Virus record (IMG/VR): IMGVR_UViG_3300025834_000173
Strand: one strand, 5' to 3'
Length of the DNA stretch: 64,000 bases
Origin: a virus
The notes under the pieces were generated by a model. The model worked only from the letters and a program-made list of their open reading frames with translations. It was not told where the DNA came from and searched no databases. Below are positions 1 to 10,152 of this stretch, in pieces. Both the position numbers and the translations under genes were made by a program. The stretch's first letter is position 1. Each line of letters opens with the position of its first letter.

Positions 1-413
1 TCACCTAAACTATATTGCATACCGACCCTTATTTCTTGTGATAATATATCATTACTTACTCCTATTGATATATTAGCTTCTTTTTTCAATTTCAACCAGT
101 CTTCATTTAATAATGAACCATTTGATTGTAATGATTGTTCGAATTTTGTTTTATATCTATAATAAAATTCATCTTGTACATCTCTATAATACTGAGTTCC
201 TAATACTGTAGGTTCGCCACCGTGCCATATAAATTGTACGTTTTTAGTGTATTCTTCTAATAATTTTAATGTGTGTTTTAATAACTCATCAGGAGCCCTC
301 ATGTCTCCTACTCTTTCTCTATTTGACCTATCATGGCAATACTCACATTTAAAATTGCAAGCATGTGTAGGTTTAAATAATATAGAAAAATTCTCTCTTC
401 TTTTTTCGCTCAT
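1..413 (-). CDS. Radical SAM enzyme (anaerobic sulfatase maturase/SPASM-like), N-terminal part, truncated by the window edge
   Basis: Not in the ORF track; manually translated from the ATG at 413 (RBS GAGGAG): MSEKRRENFSILFKPTHACNFKCEYCHDR...IWHGGEPTVLG...LQSNG. Contains CxxxCxxC and GGEP motifs; the frame stays open to position 1. Confidence 0.9.
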   Translation of the reverse strand, partial: MSEKRRENFSILFKPTHACNFKCEYCHDRSNRERVGDMRAPDELLKHTLKLLEEYTKNVQFIWHGGEPTVLGTQYYRDVQDEFYYRYKTKFEQSLQSNGSLLNEDWLKLKKEANISIGVSNDILSQEIRVGMQYSLG

Positions 414-431
414 TTTTGTCTCCTCATAATT

Positions 432-1514
432 TTATGACTCTATACCTAAATATTTTATTTCTCCGTTTTCAACTACGTTTATATAATAAAAATTATTGCC
501 TATATATGAATAAGGAGTTCTTCCTTTTTTCCCCCCATAACCACCTAGCCCCACTACATTTTGTTTGTTTCCTTTATTAAATGGATATGAAGACGAATCG
601 TACCTGTCTTCAATTATGTTTTTACTTTTTTTCAATTTCAACACTATATTGTTTACAGCATCTTCTCTACTTATATTTCGTAAATCTAATTCTATTTTAT
701 CACTTGATATTTTGTACTCAGGATGTTTTCTAATTATTTTAAGTATTGTTTTATTTATATTGTATCTTAATTTAAAATCTTCTTCACTCTTATCTTCTAA
801 GAATCCTGAACTGTCAGTATAATTAAACATCTCCCATTTAGGATATATTGTTATAGTATCAGGTTTAATATTTTCAATCATTATTTTTATGTCGTTTGCA
901 GTATTTTTTAATGACGCTTTCACGTCTACTGTCTCACCTGCATATGCAGACTGTTCCGTAAATGTCAGTAAATCACAGTTTGTACTTATTCCATGTTCTC
1001 TACAGAAGTCAATTATACTTCTTAGTTTTTCTTGTTTAACAGGTATCCTGTTATTTTTAAATATTAAATCATTATTAAATGATTGAACACCCATTGATAT
1101 TTGATTAAACCCATATTCACTAAGTATCTCAAGTTTTTCTTTACTCAATATTGTTGGATTAGCTTCAAATTTCTTACTCTCTATCTTATCTATATTAGGT
1201 ATAAGGTCAAAAACTTTTCTCATTGTATGTGTATCCATCATTCCAGAAGTCCCTCCACCTAAATACAATGTATCAAATATCTTTAATCTTAGTATGTCAC
1301 TCTGCTGTTCGAAAAATTTAGGTAATATGTCATCAAAATATTCTTTGTATTCTTTTGAATTTACTCTAGATGCTATTTTACCTAAATTACAAAACTTACA
1401 TATTGAAATACAAAAAGGAACATCTATATATAAATTAAATGTATTTTTCTTATTGAATAATTCTTTCCATTTAGCTTTAATCTCTTCTATACTGTATTCT
1501 TTATATTCTAACAT
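432..1514 (-). CDS. HemN-like radical SAM protein (possible class C methyltransferase)
   Basis: DVPFCISICKFC motif, YLGGGT, FEANP, ISMGVQSF: the HemN/coproporphyrinogen oxidase-like pattern. The start overlaps the upstream stop. Confidence 0.8.
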   Translation of the reverse strand: MLEYKEYSIEEIKAKWKELFNKKNTFNLYIDVPFCISICKFCNLGKIASRVNSKEYKEYFDDILPKFFEQQSDILRLKIFDTLYLGGGTSGMMDTHTMRKVFDLIPNIDKIESKKFEANPTILSKEKLEILSEYGFNQISMGVQSFNNDLIFKNNRIPVKQEKLRSIIDFCREHGISTNCDLLTFTEQSAYAGETVDVKASLKNTANDIKIMIENIKPDTITIYPKWEMFNYTDSSGFLEDKSEEDFKLRYNINKTILKIIRKHPEYKISSDKIELDLRNISREDAVNNIVLKLKKSKNIIEDRYDSSSYPFNKGNKQNVVGLGGYGGKKGRTPYSYIGNNFYYINVVENGEIKYLGIES

Positions 1515-2551
1515 CCATTTAACCTCTCTATGAAAGATTTAACTGCTAAGGCTTTTTCAGTCGTAAATGATAAACACCCACCATTACATTGTTTATTTGT
1601 ACTTAATTTACAATCATTACACAAGAAGTTTATCTGCATGTTATAACATATTCCATCAATTCCATGTTTAAAATATTTATAAATTTCCATCATATCTTTG
1701 TAATCAAACATATTTACTTTTGCTAATCTTGACATTGCAAAACATCTTATAACTTGTAAATCTACTGTAACATCTAATACAGGTTCACAACCATATCTTT
1801 TATGATAATCAGTTCCACCTTTAGTTTCGTAAAATGCTAATAAACCTTCAAATCTTTCCTTATATTGTTCCATTACACAAACAGGTATTTTGGAGCAATC
1901 AAATGTTATCCTATCTACTAAATCTTTTGCTGTCTCCAATAATGTTAGTAATGACTCTGCCATTTCATTGTAATATACCAAATTTAATTTCTTATCTGAA
2001 TTTATGTTAGGAGCTACTGTAGATACTCTTAACACCCTTTCCTTTTTATTCTCTATATTCTGAAATATGTCTACTATATGAGACCAATCAGTATTTGTAT
2101 CAAATATATTAACGCCTATAGTCATCTTATCAGGACAAAGTTTATTAAATTTTATTATCTGCTCTCTAGCACTTTCAAATCTAACTTTTCCTAACTCTTC
2201 TCCAAATTGTCTCATCAACTCTTTTGGAGAATTGTAATTTAATAATATACCAACTTTTGAAGATGCTAGTACGTTCAGATGTTCCATAAGGCTACTTCCG
2301 TTCGTAAATACTGTTACATATTTTATGCCTTCTCTTTTTATTAAGTATTCTACTATTTTGTCGAATTCAGGATGTAATGTTGGTTCTCCACCTATCAACC
2401 CTACTCCATCGCTAGTTTGTAACAGAAAGTCTGTTACCCTTTTAAAATCTTCTAAACTCATTAATTTGTTGTTTCCATGTTCTGTAAATTCCTCTGCAAA
2501 ACAGTATTTACATTTATAATTACATGATTCTAATATTGCTACGTTTGACAT
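1508..2551 (-). CDS. Radical SAM enzyme with C-terminal SPASM/twitch-type Cys cluster
   Basis: CNYKCKYC, IGGEPTLHP, FTNG; C-terminal CEP...RCF...CNDC...CNGGC. Confidence 0.85.
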   Translation of the reverse strand: MSNVAILESCNYKCKYCFAEEFTEHGNNKLMSLEDFKRVTDFLLQTSDGVGLIGGEPTLHPEFDKIVEYLIKREGIKYVTVFTNGSSLMEHLNVLASSKVGILLNYNSPKELMRQFGEELGKVRFESAREQIIKFNKLCPDKMTIGVNIFDTNTDWSHIVDIFQNIENKKERVLRVSTVAPNINSDKKLNLVYYNEMAESLLTLLETAKDLVDRITFDCSKIPVCVMEQYKERFEGLLAFYETKGGTDYHKRYGCEPVLDVTVDLQVIRCFAMSRLAKVNMFDYKDMMEIYKYFKHGIDGICYNMQINFLCNDCKLSTNKQCNGGCLSFTTEKALAVKSFIERLNGC

Positions 2552-4651
2552 TTATTGTCCCCTTCCCAGTTCTCTCACTATATCATCTATACTATCTTTT
2601 GATTTATCTGTTATTTCATTTAATTGTTGTACTGACATTCTATGAAATTCTACGTATCTCTGCATTGAACTATAATTTTTATATGCTACTATTATATTAT
2701 ATTTAATGTGTAACATAAACTTTTTATATATAAACCAGTTCAGTTTTAAAATCTCATAGCATGTTATTTTACTATCTTCATCTTCGCACACATAATCTAT
2801 ATGATTTTCTATGTCATATATGTATTTAGGTTTATTTGATTCTATTATATAGTCATAAGTATAATTATCAATTCTTTTTTGTAATCCTCTGTATTCAAAT
2901 CTACTCTGTGCTTTTTTGATATATTTAGTGTAAACTTTATCTTTGTTATCTAATTGTTCTTTAGTTTTAAAAGTTTTATCTATCTTATTTAGCTCTCTTT
3001 TACTAAGTATTTTAAATATGTCATCTTCAAATGTATTTATAAACTGAGTATAACCGTTTTCTCCTTGTCTACCTGCTCTACCCCTTACTTGTAAATCAAT
3101 TCTTTTACTCATAAAATGTCCTAAGCACAGTACTATTAAACCCTTTTCTTTATTTATACTTTTCAGTATTATATCTGTTCCTCTACCCATTAATTGAGTT
3201 GATATTGTTACTGTTCCAGGTACTCCAACTTTGTCTATGATTTTGTCTTCTATTTCGTATGGTGTACTGTTATTAAATATAACTGCCTTCACATCATTAA
3301 AATATACAAAATTGTATAGCTTCTCGGCGTCAAAGTCAGACTGGCACACTATCAGTATTGGATTCTTGTTATAATTATTTTTTATTGTTTTAAGAGTGTA
3401 TTCGAAAGACTGTTCTTTTGTTTCAAACATCATGTCACTGAAATCTTCTCTTTGTGACTGTTTATTTTCAGGTATTATAGATATTCCTTTTCCAAATAAT
3501 AAATTCAATTCTTGTTCTATATCTTTTACTGTTCCACTAACGCCTACAAGATTGTTATACATATTGAAAAATATTTGATATGTCATATTATTCTCTAAAC
3601 GCATTTCTAATTGTTCGAATAAATTTTCCTTAACATGTATAGCTGCTTGTATATCTGATTCATATGATGAATTGTATAACAATCTACCGTTATTAATGTT
3701 TATCAATACTATATGACCATCTTTTACTGTGTATTCTATATCTTTTTTGTAAAATAACAATACTTTTAAATAACTTATTATATTTAAGTATATTTCAGAT
3801 ATCTCAAAAGTATCTGTTTTATTATGCAAAAATATGTTATGTATTAATTCAAATGTTTCATCAGATATACATAGAAATTTTGAACTTTCTTCATAGTAAT
3901 AATCATAAACTATTTCTTTAGATTTTAAGTCCCACATCATTTTTTCCATGTTTGTTAATTCATCTTTACTCATTTTATACCCTTGCATATCTTCTACGAA
4001 ACCTTTTACAGTTAGTAAGTTACTGTAATCTACTTCCCCTATAACTTGTCCACTTACTGAAAAACTTGATGTTGCGTTATCCACTAATACATAGTCTATC
4101 TCGTCTATAATTACATTTTCAAATGTAAATTTAAAATCTTTGTTATACTCATATTCTAAATAATCAAATATCAAGGATTCGCATGAGCTATACACAACAT
4201 CATTGTCATAAATATTGTTTATGTCTTTTCTACTGTCTCTATCATTAAAAACAGATTTAATATTTAAAAACTCAAATATATCCTTTGAGTTTTCATAATC
4301 TCTTTTTGAAAGATAGTCGTTAGTTGTTGCTATGTGTATTTTTTCATTTCTTCCTTTTATTAATACATAACACAGTATAACTAATGTCTTGCCTTCTCCT
4401 GTTTTCATTTCAGTTACATAACCTTTATTCAATGAAACTACAGCCCTTAACTGAGATTTAAATAATTTTATACCCTTAAACTTATGTATAGTAAAATATA
4501 CACCCGCTATAGATTCACATATATCTTTAGAATTAAACATGTCTATTATTTCAGTGTCACTTATATTTTTAGTATTAAATTTATCAACATTTCTTAATAT
4601 TTTATTTACAGTTTTATCTAGCTTTTTAATTCTAAACGTATTCTCTATCAC
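2552..4651 (-). CDS. SecA-like ATPase (short accessory paralogue)
   Basis: SecA signature motifs MKTGEGKT, TTNDYLSKRD, IIDEIDYVLVD, STQLMGRGTDI, QVRGRAGRQG. 699 aa with a shortened C-terminus and no Cys-rich tail; GTG start with GGGAGG RBS. Confidence 0.85.
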   Translation of the reverse strand: MIENTFRIKKLDKTVNKILRNVDKFNTKNISDTEIIDMFNSKDICESIAGVYFTIHKFKGIKLFKSQLRAVVSLNKGYVTEMKTGEGKTLVILCYVLIKGRNEKIHIATTNDYLSKRDYENSKDIFEFLNIKSVFNDRDSRKDINNIYDNDVVYSSCESLIFDYLEYEYNKDFKFTFENVIIDEIDYVLVDNATSSFSVSGQVIGEVDYSNLLTVKGFVEDMQGYKMSKDELTNMEKMMWDLKSKEIVYDYYYEESSKFLCISDETFELIHNIFLHNKTDTFEISEIYLNIISYLKVLLFYKKDIEYTVKDGHIVLININNGRLLYNSSYESDIQAAIHVKENLFEQLEMRLENNMTYQIFFNMYNNLVGVSGTVKDIEQELNLLFGKGISIIPENKQSQREDFSDMMFETKEQSFEYTLKTIKNNYNKNPILIVCQSDFDAEKLYNFVYFNDVKAVIFNNSTPYEIEDKIIDKVGVPGTVTISTQLMGRGTDIILKSINKEKGLIVLCLGHFMSKRIDLQVRGRAGRQGENGYTQFINTFEDDIFKILSKRELNKIDKTFKTKEQLDNKDKVYTKYIKKAQSRFEYRGLQKRIDNYTYDYIIESNKPKYIYDIENHIDYVCEDEDSKITCYEILKLNWFIYKKFMLHIKYNIIVAYKNYSSMQRYVEFHRMSVQQLNEITDKSKDSIDDIVRELGRGQ

Positions 4652-4669
4652 GTCTGCCTCCCACTAATG

Positions 4670-6421
4670 TTATTTTCCTGCCTCTATTCTTAATCTATTT
4701 ATAGTATTTATAAATTCTTTATATCTAGTTAAAAATTCAGGTATACATAAATTAAATTCACCTTGACCACCTCTGTCAAAAAATCCGAATGTCTCTATTA
4801 CTTTATCAGTATCCTTTAATATGTCAAAGCATTTTTTAATTTCTTCTTGACTATATACATTTTCAAGTAAGCTTATGACGATTTCTAAATTTAAGTTTTT
4901 AATTTTAAACGAGTATATATGAACTAAACACCTTAATAAACTTATTCCTTTTAAGTTATCTCCACTATAGTAATCTATAAAATAATTTGCATATTTTATA
5001 AACCCTTCAATATCCTCTACCTTTAATAACATAACTGCCATAAATAAATCATGTATATTATATATTTTTCCATCTTCAAAATCTCTACAGTTATTAACAC
5101 CTAATATGTCACATATTTTACCTGTTATTATTCTTGTTTTGAATAATTTATCTAATACATTGTCAGCATGCTCAAATGTTAAGTCTTTACTTCCTATGTT
5201 CTTATATATGTCCAGTTCATTTTTAAAATAATCACCGTTGTCTATTAATTTTATGAACCCAAGTTCAAATGATAATAATTTATAACAGTTCATACCTAAG
5301 AACGAATTATCAAAATAGTATATGTCTATATTTTGATTTTTTAATACTTTCATTATATTATTTAGTATCTCAACATTATTTTCACCTAAATTTAAGTTTC
5401 CTTCAAATTCATATGAATTTTCTAATCCGCACAAGAATTCTTCTGGCATATGTGCTATTCCTGCTATTTCCATATTTACCATATTATTTTTACTAGATGC
5501 ATCTAATGGATTAAATATGTCTAAAAATGGCATATCATTAATTTCTCTATTCTGTAATATTTCAGTTAAGCATCTTTCAAGTGCTATAGAATAATTATAA
5601 GATGCTCCAAATGAAGCTCTATACTTTTTCTTTAACTTATCAAATATCACTATACCTGCTATAGGTATTTTAAGTCCTAATGAACAATCTCTTACTACCA
5701 CCTTATATCTACCATTTTCATAGTTTTCAATTTTGTCTATTATTTTGTTGCTGTATGTATCTTCGTAAATTTCTCTAGGAAGTATTGGAGGAATTATTTT
5801 GTTTTCTATTATGTAATTATGTGAATATCTTTCAAATAGTTCAAATATTCCTTGACATAGTGCTTCTTCCTTTGTATTTCCTGCACACATACCATTTGTA
5901 TCGTTTATTAAATATGATAAAGGAACAAAACATTTATAATTATCTTTTATATTTGTTACTTCTACACAAATACTTTTGTCTTCTTCTATATATACTTCAT
6001 CAAAATATTTGAATGACTCTAGAAATTTCTTTCCATAATTTAATTTACATTTTCCTATGTACCCATCTAGTTTTGATACTTCTTTAAAACTAAGTATTTT
6101 CTCATTTGATGATATATATTTACCACTGTATTCATTTAATTTAAATCTCTCTAAATTTAACAACACTGCTAAATTAGATATTCTCTCAATCATTTCTGCA
6201 AATGCAGATGCCTCACTATATTCTTCTGTTATACCTTTACCATTTGTTTTATGTACTCTATATTCTGGAAATTCTTTAAAAAATATCTCTAATCCATGAG
6301 AATATGTATCTACACCACTGTATATTAAATTTATTTTATATGTTAAACCTAACTCTTCTAGTATATTCTTAGCACTATCTACTGTTTCTCTTGGTGTTAT
6401 CTCTTTTCCCCTTATATCCAT
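4670..6421 (-). CDS. YcaO-family ATP-dependent backbone-modifying enzyme
   Basis: TNGKG...ASAFAEMIER, DTNGMCAGNTKEEALCQGIFELFER, LERCLTEILQ motifs; no Pro-rich C-terminus. Confidence 0.88.
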   Translation of the reverse strand: MDIRGKEITPRETVDSAKNILEELGLTYKINLIYSGVDTYSHGLEIFFKEFPEYRVHKTNGKGITEEYSEASAFAEMIERISNLAVLLNLERFKLNEYSGKYISSNEKILSFKEVSKLDGYIGKCKLNYGKKFLESFKYFDEVYIEEDKSICVEVTNIKDNYKCFVPLSYLINDTNGMCAGNTKEEALCQGIFELFERYSHNYIIENKIIPPILPREIYEDTYSNKIIDKIENYENGRYKVVVRDCSLGLKIPIAGIVIFDKLKKKYRASFGASYNYSIALERCLTEILQNREINDMPFLDIFNPLDASSKNNMVNMEIAGIAHMPEEFLCGLENSYEFEGNLNLGENNVEILNNIMKVLKNQNIDIYYFDNSFLGMNCYKLLSFELGFIKLIDNGDYFKNELDIYKNIGSKDLTFEHADNVLDKLFKTRIITGKICDILGVNNCRDFEDGKIYNIHDLFMAVMLLKVEDIEGFIKYANYFIDYYSGDNLKGISLLRCLVHIYSFKIKNLNLEIVISLLENVYSQEEIKKCFDILKDTDKVIETFGFFDRGGQGEFNLCIPEFLTRYKEFINTINRLRIEAGK

Positions 6422-6447
6422 TTATTCATATCTCCTTTATTTTTAAC

Positions 6448-6510
6448 TCAAATTCAATTTCACATAGTTAATAGTATGTTCTTTTAATTACAGTTTAATA
6501 TATGTTTAAA
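6448..6510 (-). promoter_or_regulatory. Conserved ~63-bp upstream element, copy A (upstream of the YcaO operon)
   Basis: Ungapped alignment with 56953-57015, 59662-59724 and 63613-63675. Plus-strand core TCAAAT...ATAGTTAxTAGTAT...TTAAT...AG...GTTTAAA; 27/31 identical to copy B over the first 31 bp. Confidence 0.7.
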
Positions 6511-6624
6511 TACCTTATTAAAGTACTCTATTTATTTCATAATCATTATTAATCAATATCACTTTGTACTAAATTGTATGACTAAATAGTTTAACATCTT
6601 TACAATGCTAAACTATCTATATTT

Positions 6625-7437
6625 TTATTTATAATGTAAATAAGGTAATGGGTCTATCTTTGTTCGTTCATTTATTATTTCAAAATGTACATGAGGTCCT
6701 GTTGACATTCCTGTACTTCCCATCTTTGCTATAAGTTGTCCTTGCTGTACTTTATCTCCTGTTCTAACTAATATACCATCATAATCTATATGTCCGTAAA
6801 GAGTAAATATTCCGTTTCCGTGCATCAATATTATTGCATTTCCATAACTTTGGTTATATTGTGTGAATATAACTATACCATCTTCTGATGCATAAATATT
6901 TGTTCCTCTCTTATCTGCAAAGTCAGTTCCACCATGAAAATCAGATGTTCCAAATATAGGATGTGTTCTTTTTCCAAACCCAGAAGATACATTATGTATA
7001 TTAACAGGATATATAAAATTTAATGTATCTACTTTCATATCTTTATTTTGTTCTACCCACTTATCTACTACCTTTAATGTTGACTGTTCTTGACTATCAA
7101 ATAGTGTTGCATAAAACTCTTTACTCTTTTCCATTATCTCTATTGATAAAAACTTATTCTCTTGTGCATCTGTTAATTTTTTAAGTGACTCTTTATATAG
7201 TTTGGCTTGATTTCTGTCTAGTGCAGTTCCAAATATTAAATCTTCTTTTGTACAGTATTTATTATCTATCTGGTCTACTATATTATTTATTCTATTTATT
7301 TCTTTATCGTATTCCTCTATTTCTTTGTATATCCCCTCTATAATAGTATCAAAATCAGTATCTATTGTACTTCCATAGACTACACTTGTACTTAAAATCA
7401 ATGTCACTATTAATAACGTACATATTCTTTTTATCAT
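6625..7437 (-). CDS. Secreted M23-family peptidoglycan peptidase with N-terminal coiled coil
   Basis: Signal peptide; HGGTD, YGHID and STGPHVHFEI zinc-binding motifs. Confidence 0.9.
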   Translation of the reverse strand: MIKRICTLLIVTLILSTSVVYGSTIDTDFDTIIEGIYKEIEEYDKEINRINNIVDQIDNKYCTKEDLIFGTALDRNQAKLYKESLKKLTDAQENKFLSIEIMEKSKEFYATLFDSQEQSTLKVVDKWVEQNKDMKVDTLNFIYPVNIHNVSSGFGKRTHPIFGTSDFHGGTDFADKRGTNIYASEDGIVIFTQYNQSYGNAIILMHGNGIFTLYGHIDYDGILVRTGDKVQQGQLIAKMGSTGMSTGPHVHFEIINERTKIDPLPYLHYK

Positions 7438-7557
7438 CTCAAACCCCTTATAAATTCATATATTAATACCTACCCAAAACCCACTAATCAACTATTTTAA
7501 ATCGTTTTATTACTTCTAATAACCTAAACTCACATAATAACATATCTATCTTTAAAT

Positions 7558-7587
7558 CTCAATTAAATCCCTTAAAATTTAATTGAG
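7558..7587 (-). terminator. Inverted repeat / probable terminator after the minor pilin operon
   Basis: CTCAATTAAAT-8nt-ATTTAATTGAG, an 11-bp perfect stem just past the stop at 7597. Confidence 0.55.
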
Positions 7588-7596
7588 CTTTTGGTA

Positions 7597-8265
7597 TTAT
7601 TTAGTTTGTATTATTAATATTATATCATCTATTCTTTCTACCCCTGACGCATCTTTACCTTCTCCAAATTCTCTAGTCGTATATAACTCCGACTCATCTG
7701 TTTGGTCAGGACCCATACTCTGTACTATAACTATTCCGTGTCCGAGTATTTTATTTATATCACTTGTTCCAGTTTCTCTAGTATGGAATGTTAATATGTA
7801 TTTATTACCCCAAGGGTCTTTTTTATACATTGTTTTAACCTTAAAGTAATCATATATCCATGTATCAGGTGTACTGTCATCGTCTGTGTCAATTTGAATT
7901 TTATGAGGATTGTCTCTTCCTATCTCATCTTCAATTACTTGTATTGATGCTAAATCTAGTGTATTACCTATATACATTTCATTCAATGTATCTACAAATT
8001 CATATGTCCATTTTACATAAGTCTCGTCTTCTTCTAAAGGAGTGTTTTGTACTTCTGAATCATCTACTGTCATGGTTATTGCTCCATAATCTACTACGTA
8101 ATTATTTAAATCTAGTGCAAATGTTCTTAATTCTGCTTCTACTGTGTCTATTTTACTATTTAAGGTATATTTCGAAAGTCTAGGCACTAATATAACCATC
8201 AGTATTCCTACCAGAGCCACTACTGAAATTATTTCTAACATCGTAAATGCTTTTTTATTTATCAT
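7597..8265 (-). CDS. Type IV pilin-like protein
   Basis: Class III signal peptide KKA|FTMLE followed by a hydrophobic helix; DPWGNKY (GspG-like) motif. Confidence 0.88.
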   Translation of the reverse strand: MINKKAFTMLEIISVVALVGILMVILVPRLSKYTLNSKIDTVEAELRTFALDLNNYVVDYGAITMTVDDSEVQNTPLEEDETYVKWTYEFVDTLNEMYIGNTLDLASIQVIEDEIGRDNPHKIQIDTDDDSTPDTWIYDYFKVKTMYKKDPWGNKYILTFHTRETGTSDINKILGHGIVIVQSMGPDQTDESELYTTREFGEGKDASGVERIDDIILIIQTK

Positions 8266-9227
8266 TTGTTACCTCCATTTGGAATTATTTTGTAATCCAA
8301 TATGTTTACTTCCATATTATCTACATTTATCCAAGTTTCTGCTGTACCAAAATCTGCTATACCAAAATCTTCAGTTGCCCCTATGCTATGTTTGAATAAA
8401 TTTCTTTCAAAGTATATGTTATCTACTTCAAATAGTGCAACTATTTTTCCTCCCACATATGTTACTGTAGATTCAAATAATAGTTTATTTAATTTACCCT
8501 TTCTTGTTGAGTTATCATTTAATCCCCAATTATCTAAGTCTACCCAAAATTGTGTGTCTAAACACATATTCGATATTCTCAAACCTTCTTTAGTTGAAGG
8601 ATATATAAGTCTTAATTCACTATATAAGTTTTTTATAAAACTTTTCATGCCTAAGTCTTTTTCTTTCCTTAAAAATTCCATAGACTCTATGGCTATGTCC
8701 GTAAATACTATATGCCTTTCTCTGTACTCACTTTCAGGTATCCACTCTATACTTCCATCATTTCCAATATCTACAGGAACTAATTCTCCATTGTATCCAT
8801 CTATTATATTACTGAATCCATCAAGTATGTTATCCCCATTTTCATCTACAAATACTATTCCCTCAGTACTTCCTGTTCCTTCTACTATCTCTATGTCATA
8901 TCCATCAAATAAATAAACACTTGTTTGAGCTTCATATCCTGTTGCTACTTCAGTAGTTCCGTCTCCTGCAACATAATCATATTCTCCATCTATTCTTTTG
9001 AACATTACAGTTAATTTAGTATTCTCTAACTTTGTTTTAAGTAACGACCTCTGTATATCTACAAGTGATTCAGCTGAATACTGTTCTTTAATTTTGTTGT
9101 ACATTACCACACTTTGATATCTATTTGCCACTACTATTGCTGATGTAATATATATTGAAGTTAATATTAATATAACTACCATAAATGCAAATATAATGTT
9201 TCCTTGTCTATTTAGTTTCCATTTCAT
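8262..9227 (-). CDS. Minor pilin, PilX/ComGG-like (no Glu5)
   Basis: RQG|NIIFAF plus hydrophobic helix; lies within the pilin operon. Confidence 0.6.
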   Translation of the reverse strand: MKWKLNRQGNIIFAFMVVILILTSIYITSAIVVANRYQSVVMYNKIKEQYSAESLVDIQRSLLKTKLENTKLTVMFKRIDGEYDYVAGDGTTEVATGYEAQTSVYLFDGYDIEIVEGTGSTEGIVFVDENGDNILDGFSNIIDGYNGELVPVDIGNDGSIEWIPESEYRERHIVFTDIAIESMEFLRKEKDLGMKSFIKNLYSELRLIYPSTKEGLRISNMCLDTQFWVDLDNWGLNDNSTRKGKLNKLLFESTVTYVGGKIVALFEVDNIYFERNLFKHSIGATEDFGIADFGTAETWINVDNMEVNILDYKIIPNGGNK

Positions 9228-9246
9228 ACCCCTACCGCCTTCATGG

Positions 9247-10152
9247 TTATTCTATAACTTTACACTTTAATATAGGTTTATTTAATCTATTTGAAAGTGT
9301 TATATTTACCCTACTTCCTTCTTTTGCCCCATTATATTTTTCTATAACTAAGTTTATTTTTAATTGTTTAAAGTTGAAATACAATTCGTCTTCTTCTAAT
9401 AATTCTACTATTTCTTCTCTTGATACGTTTCCAACACCTTTTTCAATTTGTAATGCTTCAAAATTAGTTTGAAAGTCTGTTCCCTCTGTATATCCTAAAT
9501 ATACTAATTCGCTGTCCGTAAATTCAGTTGTATTATCTAGCACATAGTCTATTTCATCATGACCATACCCCTCTGTTGTTCCGTATGAATTATACCTTTC
9601 AATATCATTTAAATCTGTCTCATAATCTTCATAATACACTAAACTTGCTATAAATGAACCTATAGGAATATCATTATCATCTTCTATTCTATTATTTTTA
9701 GTTGGGCATATATACTTACCATCAACGTCTATTTCAGGTATTGTTCCCAAATCATTTTCATAACTATTCTTTTCTCCGTCATAATAGAATGTAGTGTCTT
9801 TTGTATCAAAGTTCTTTACTATTCTATATGATACGTATTTATATGGAGTTGATGTTCCAGGACTTGAAAATAATCTAGTTGTTTCTGTTGATGCCCCTAT
9901 ATTATTTAGTAATAAAGTTCCATTTGCATCTCTATACTCTTTATCTGACATAAATATCTTTTCTGCTGATTGAAAATCCCTCTGTAAAAATAACATACTT
10001 TCAGCTAAGTCTGACCTAGTTGTTGCTAGTTTCATCTCTGAAAAATTTGCCTGTGTTGTGAATTGAATTAATGATACACCTATACCTATCAATATACTTA
10101 ATATATACATAGATATTATTGTTTCCATTACCGTAAAACCTTTTCTATTCAT
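9247..10152 (-). CDS. Minor type IV pilin
   Basis: RKG|FTVME prepilin motif plus hydrophobic helix. Confidence 0.85.
   Translation of the reverse strand: MNRKGFTVMETIISMYILSILIGIGVSLIQFTTQANFSEMKLATTRSDLAESMLFLQRDFQSAEKIFMSDKEYRDANGTLLLNNIGASTETTRLFSSPGTSTPYKYVSYRIVKNFDTKDTTFYYDGEKNSYENDLGTIPEIDVDGKYICPTKNNRIEDDNDIPIGSFIASLVYYEDYETDLNDIERYNSYGTTEGYGHDEIDYVLDNTTEFTDSELVYLGYTEGTDFQTNFEALQIEKGVGNVSREEIVELLEEDELYFNFKQLKINLVIEKYNGAKEGSRVNITLSNRLNKPILKCKVIE

Noticed and set aside
6416-6624. RiPP precursor peptide upstream of YcaO
   Set aside because: Only a 5-codon ORF (MNKWI) overlapping the YcaO start; no Cys/Ser/Thr-rich or leader-like ORF found, so any precursor is probably outside the window.
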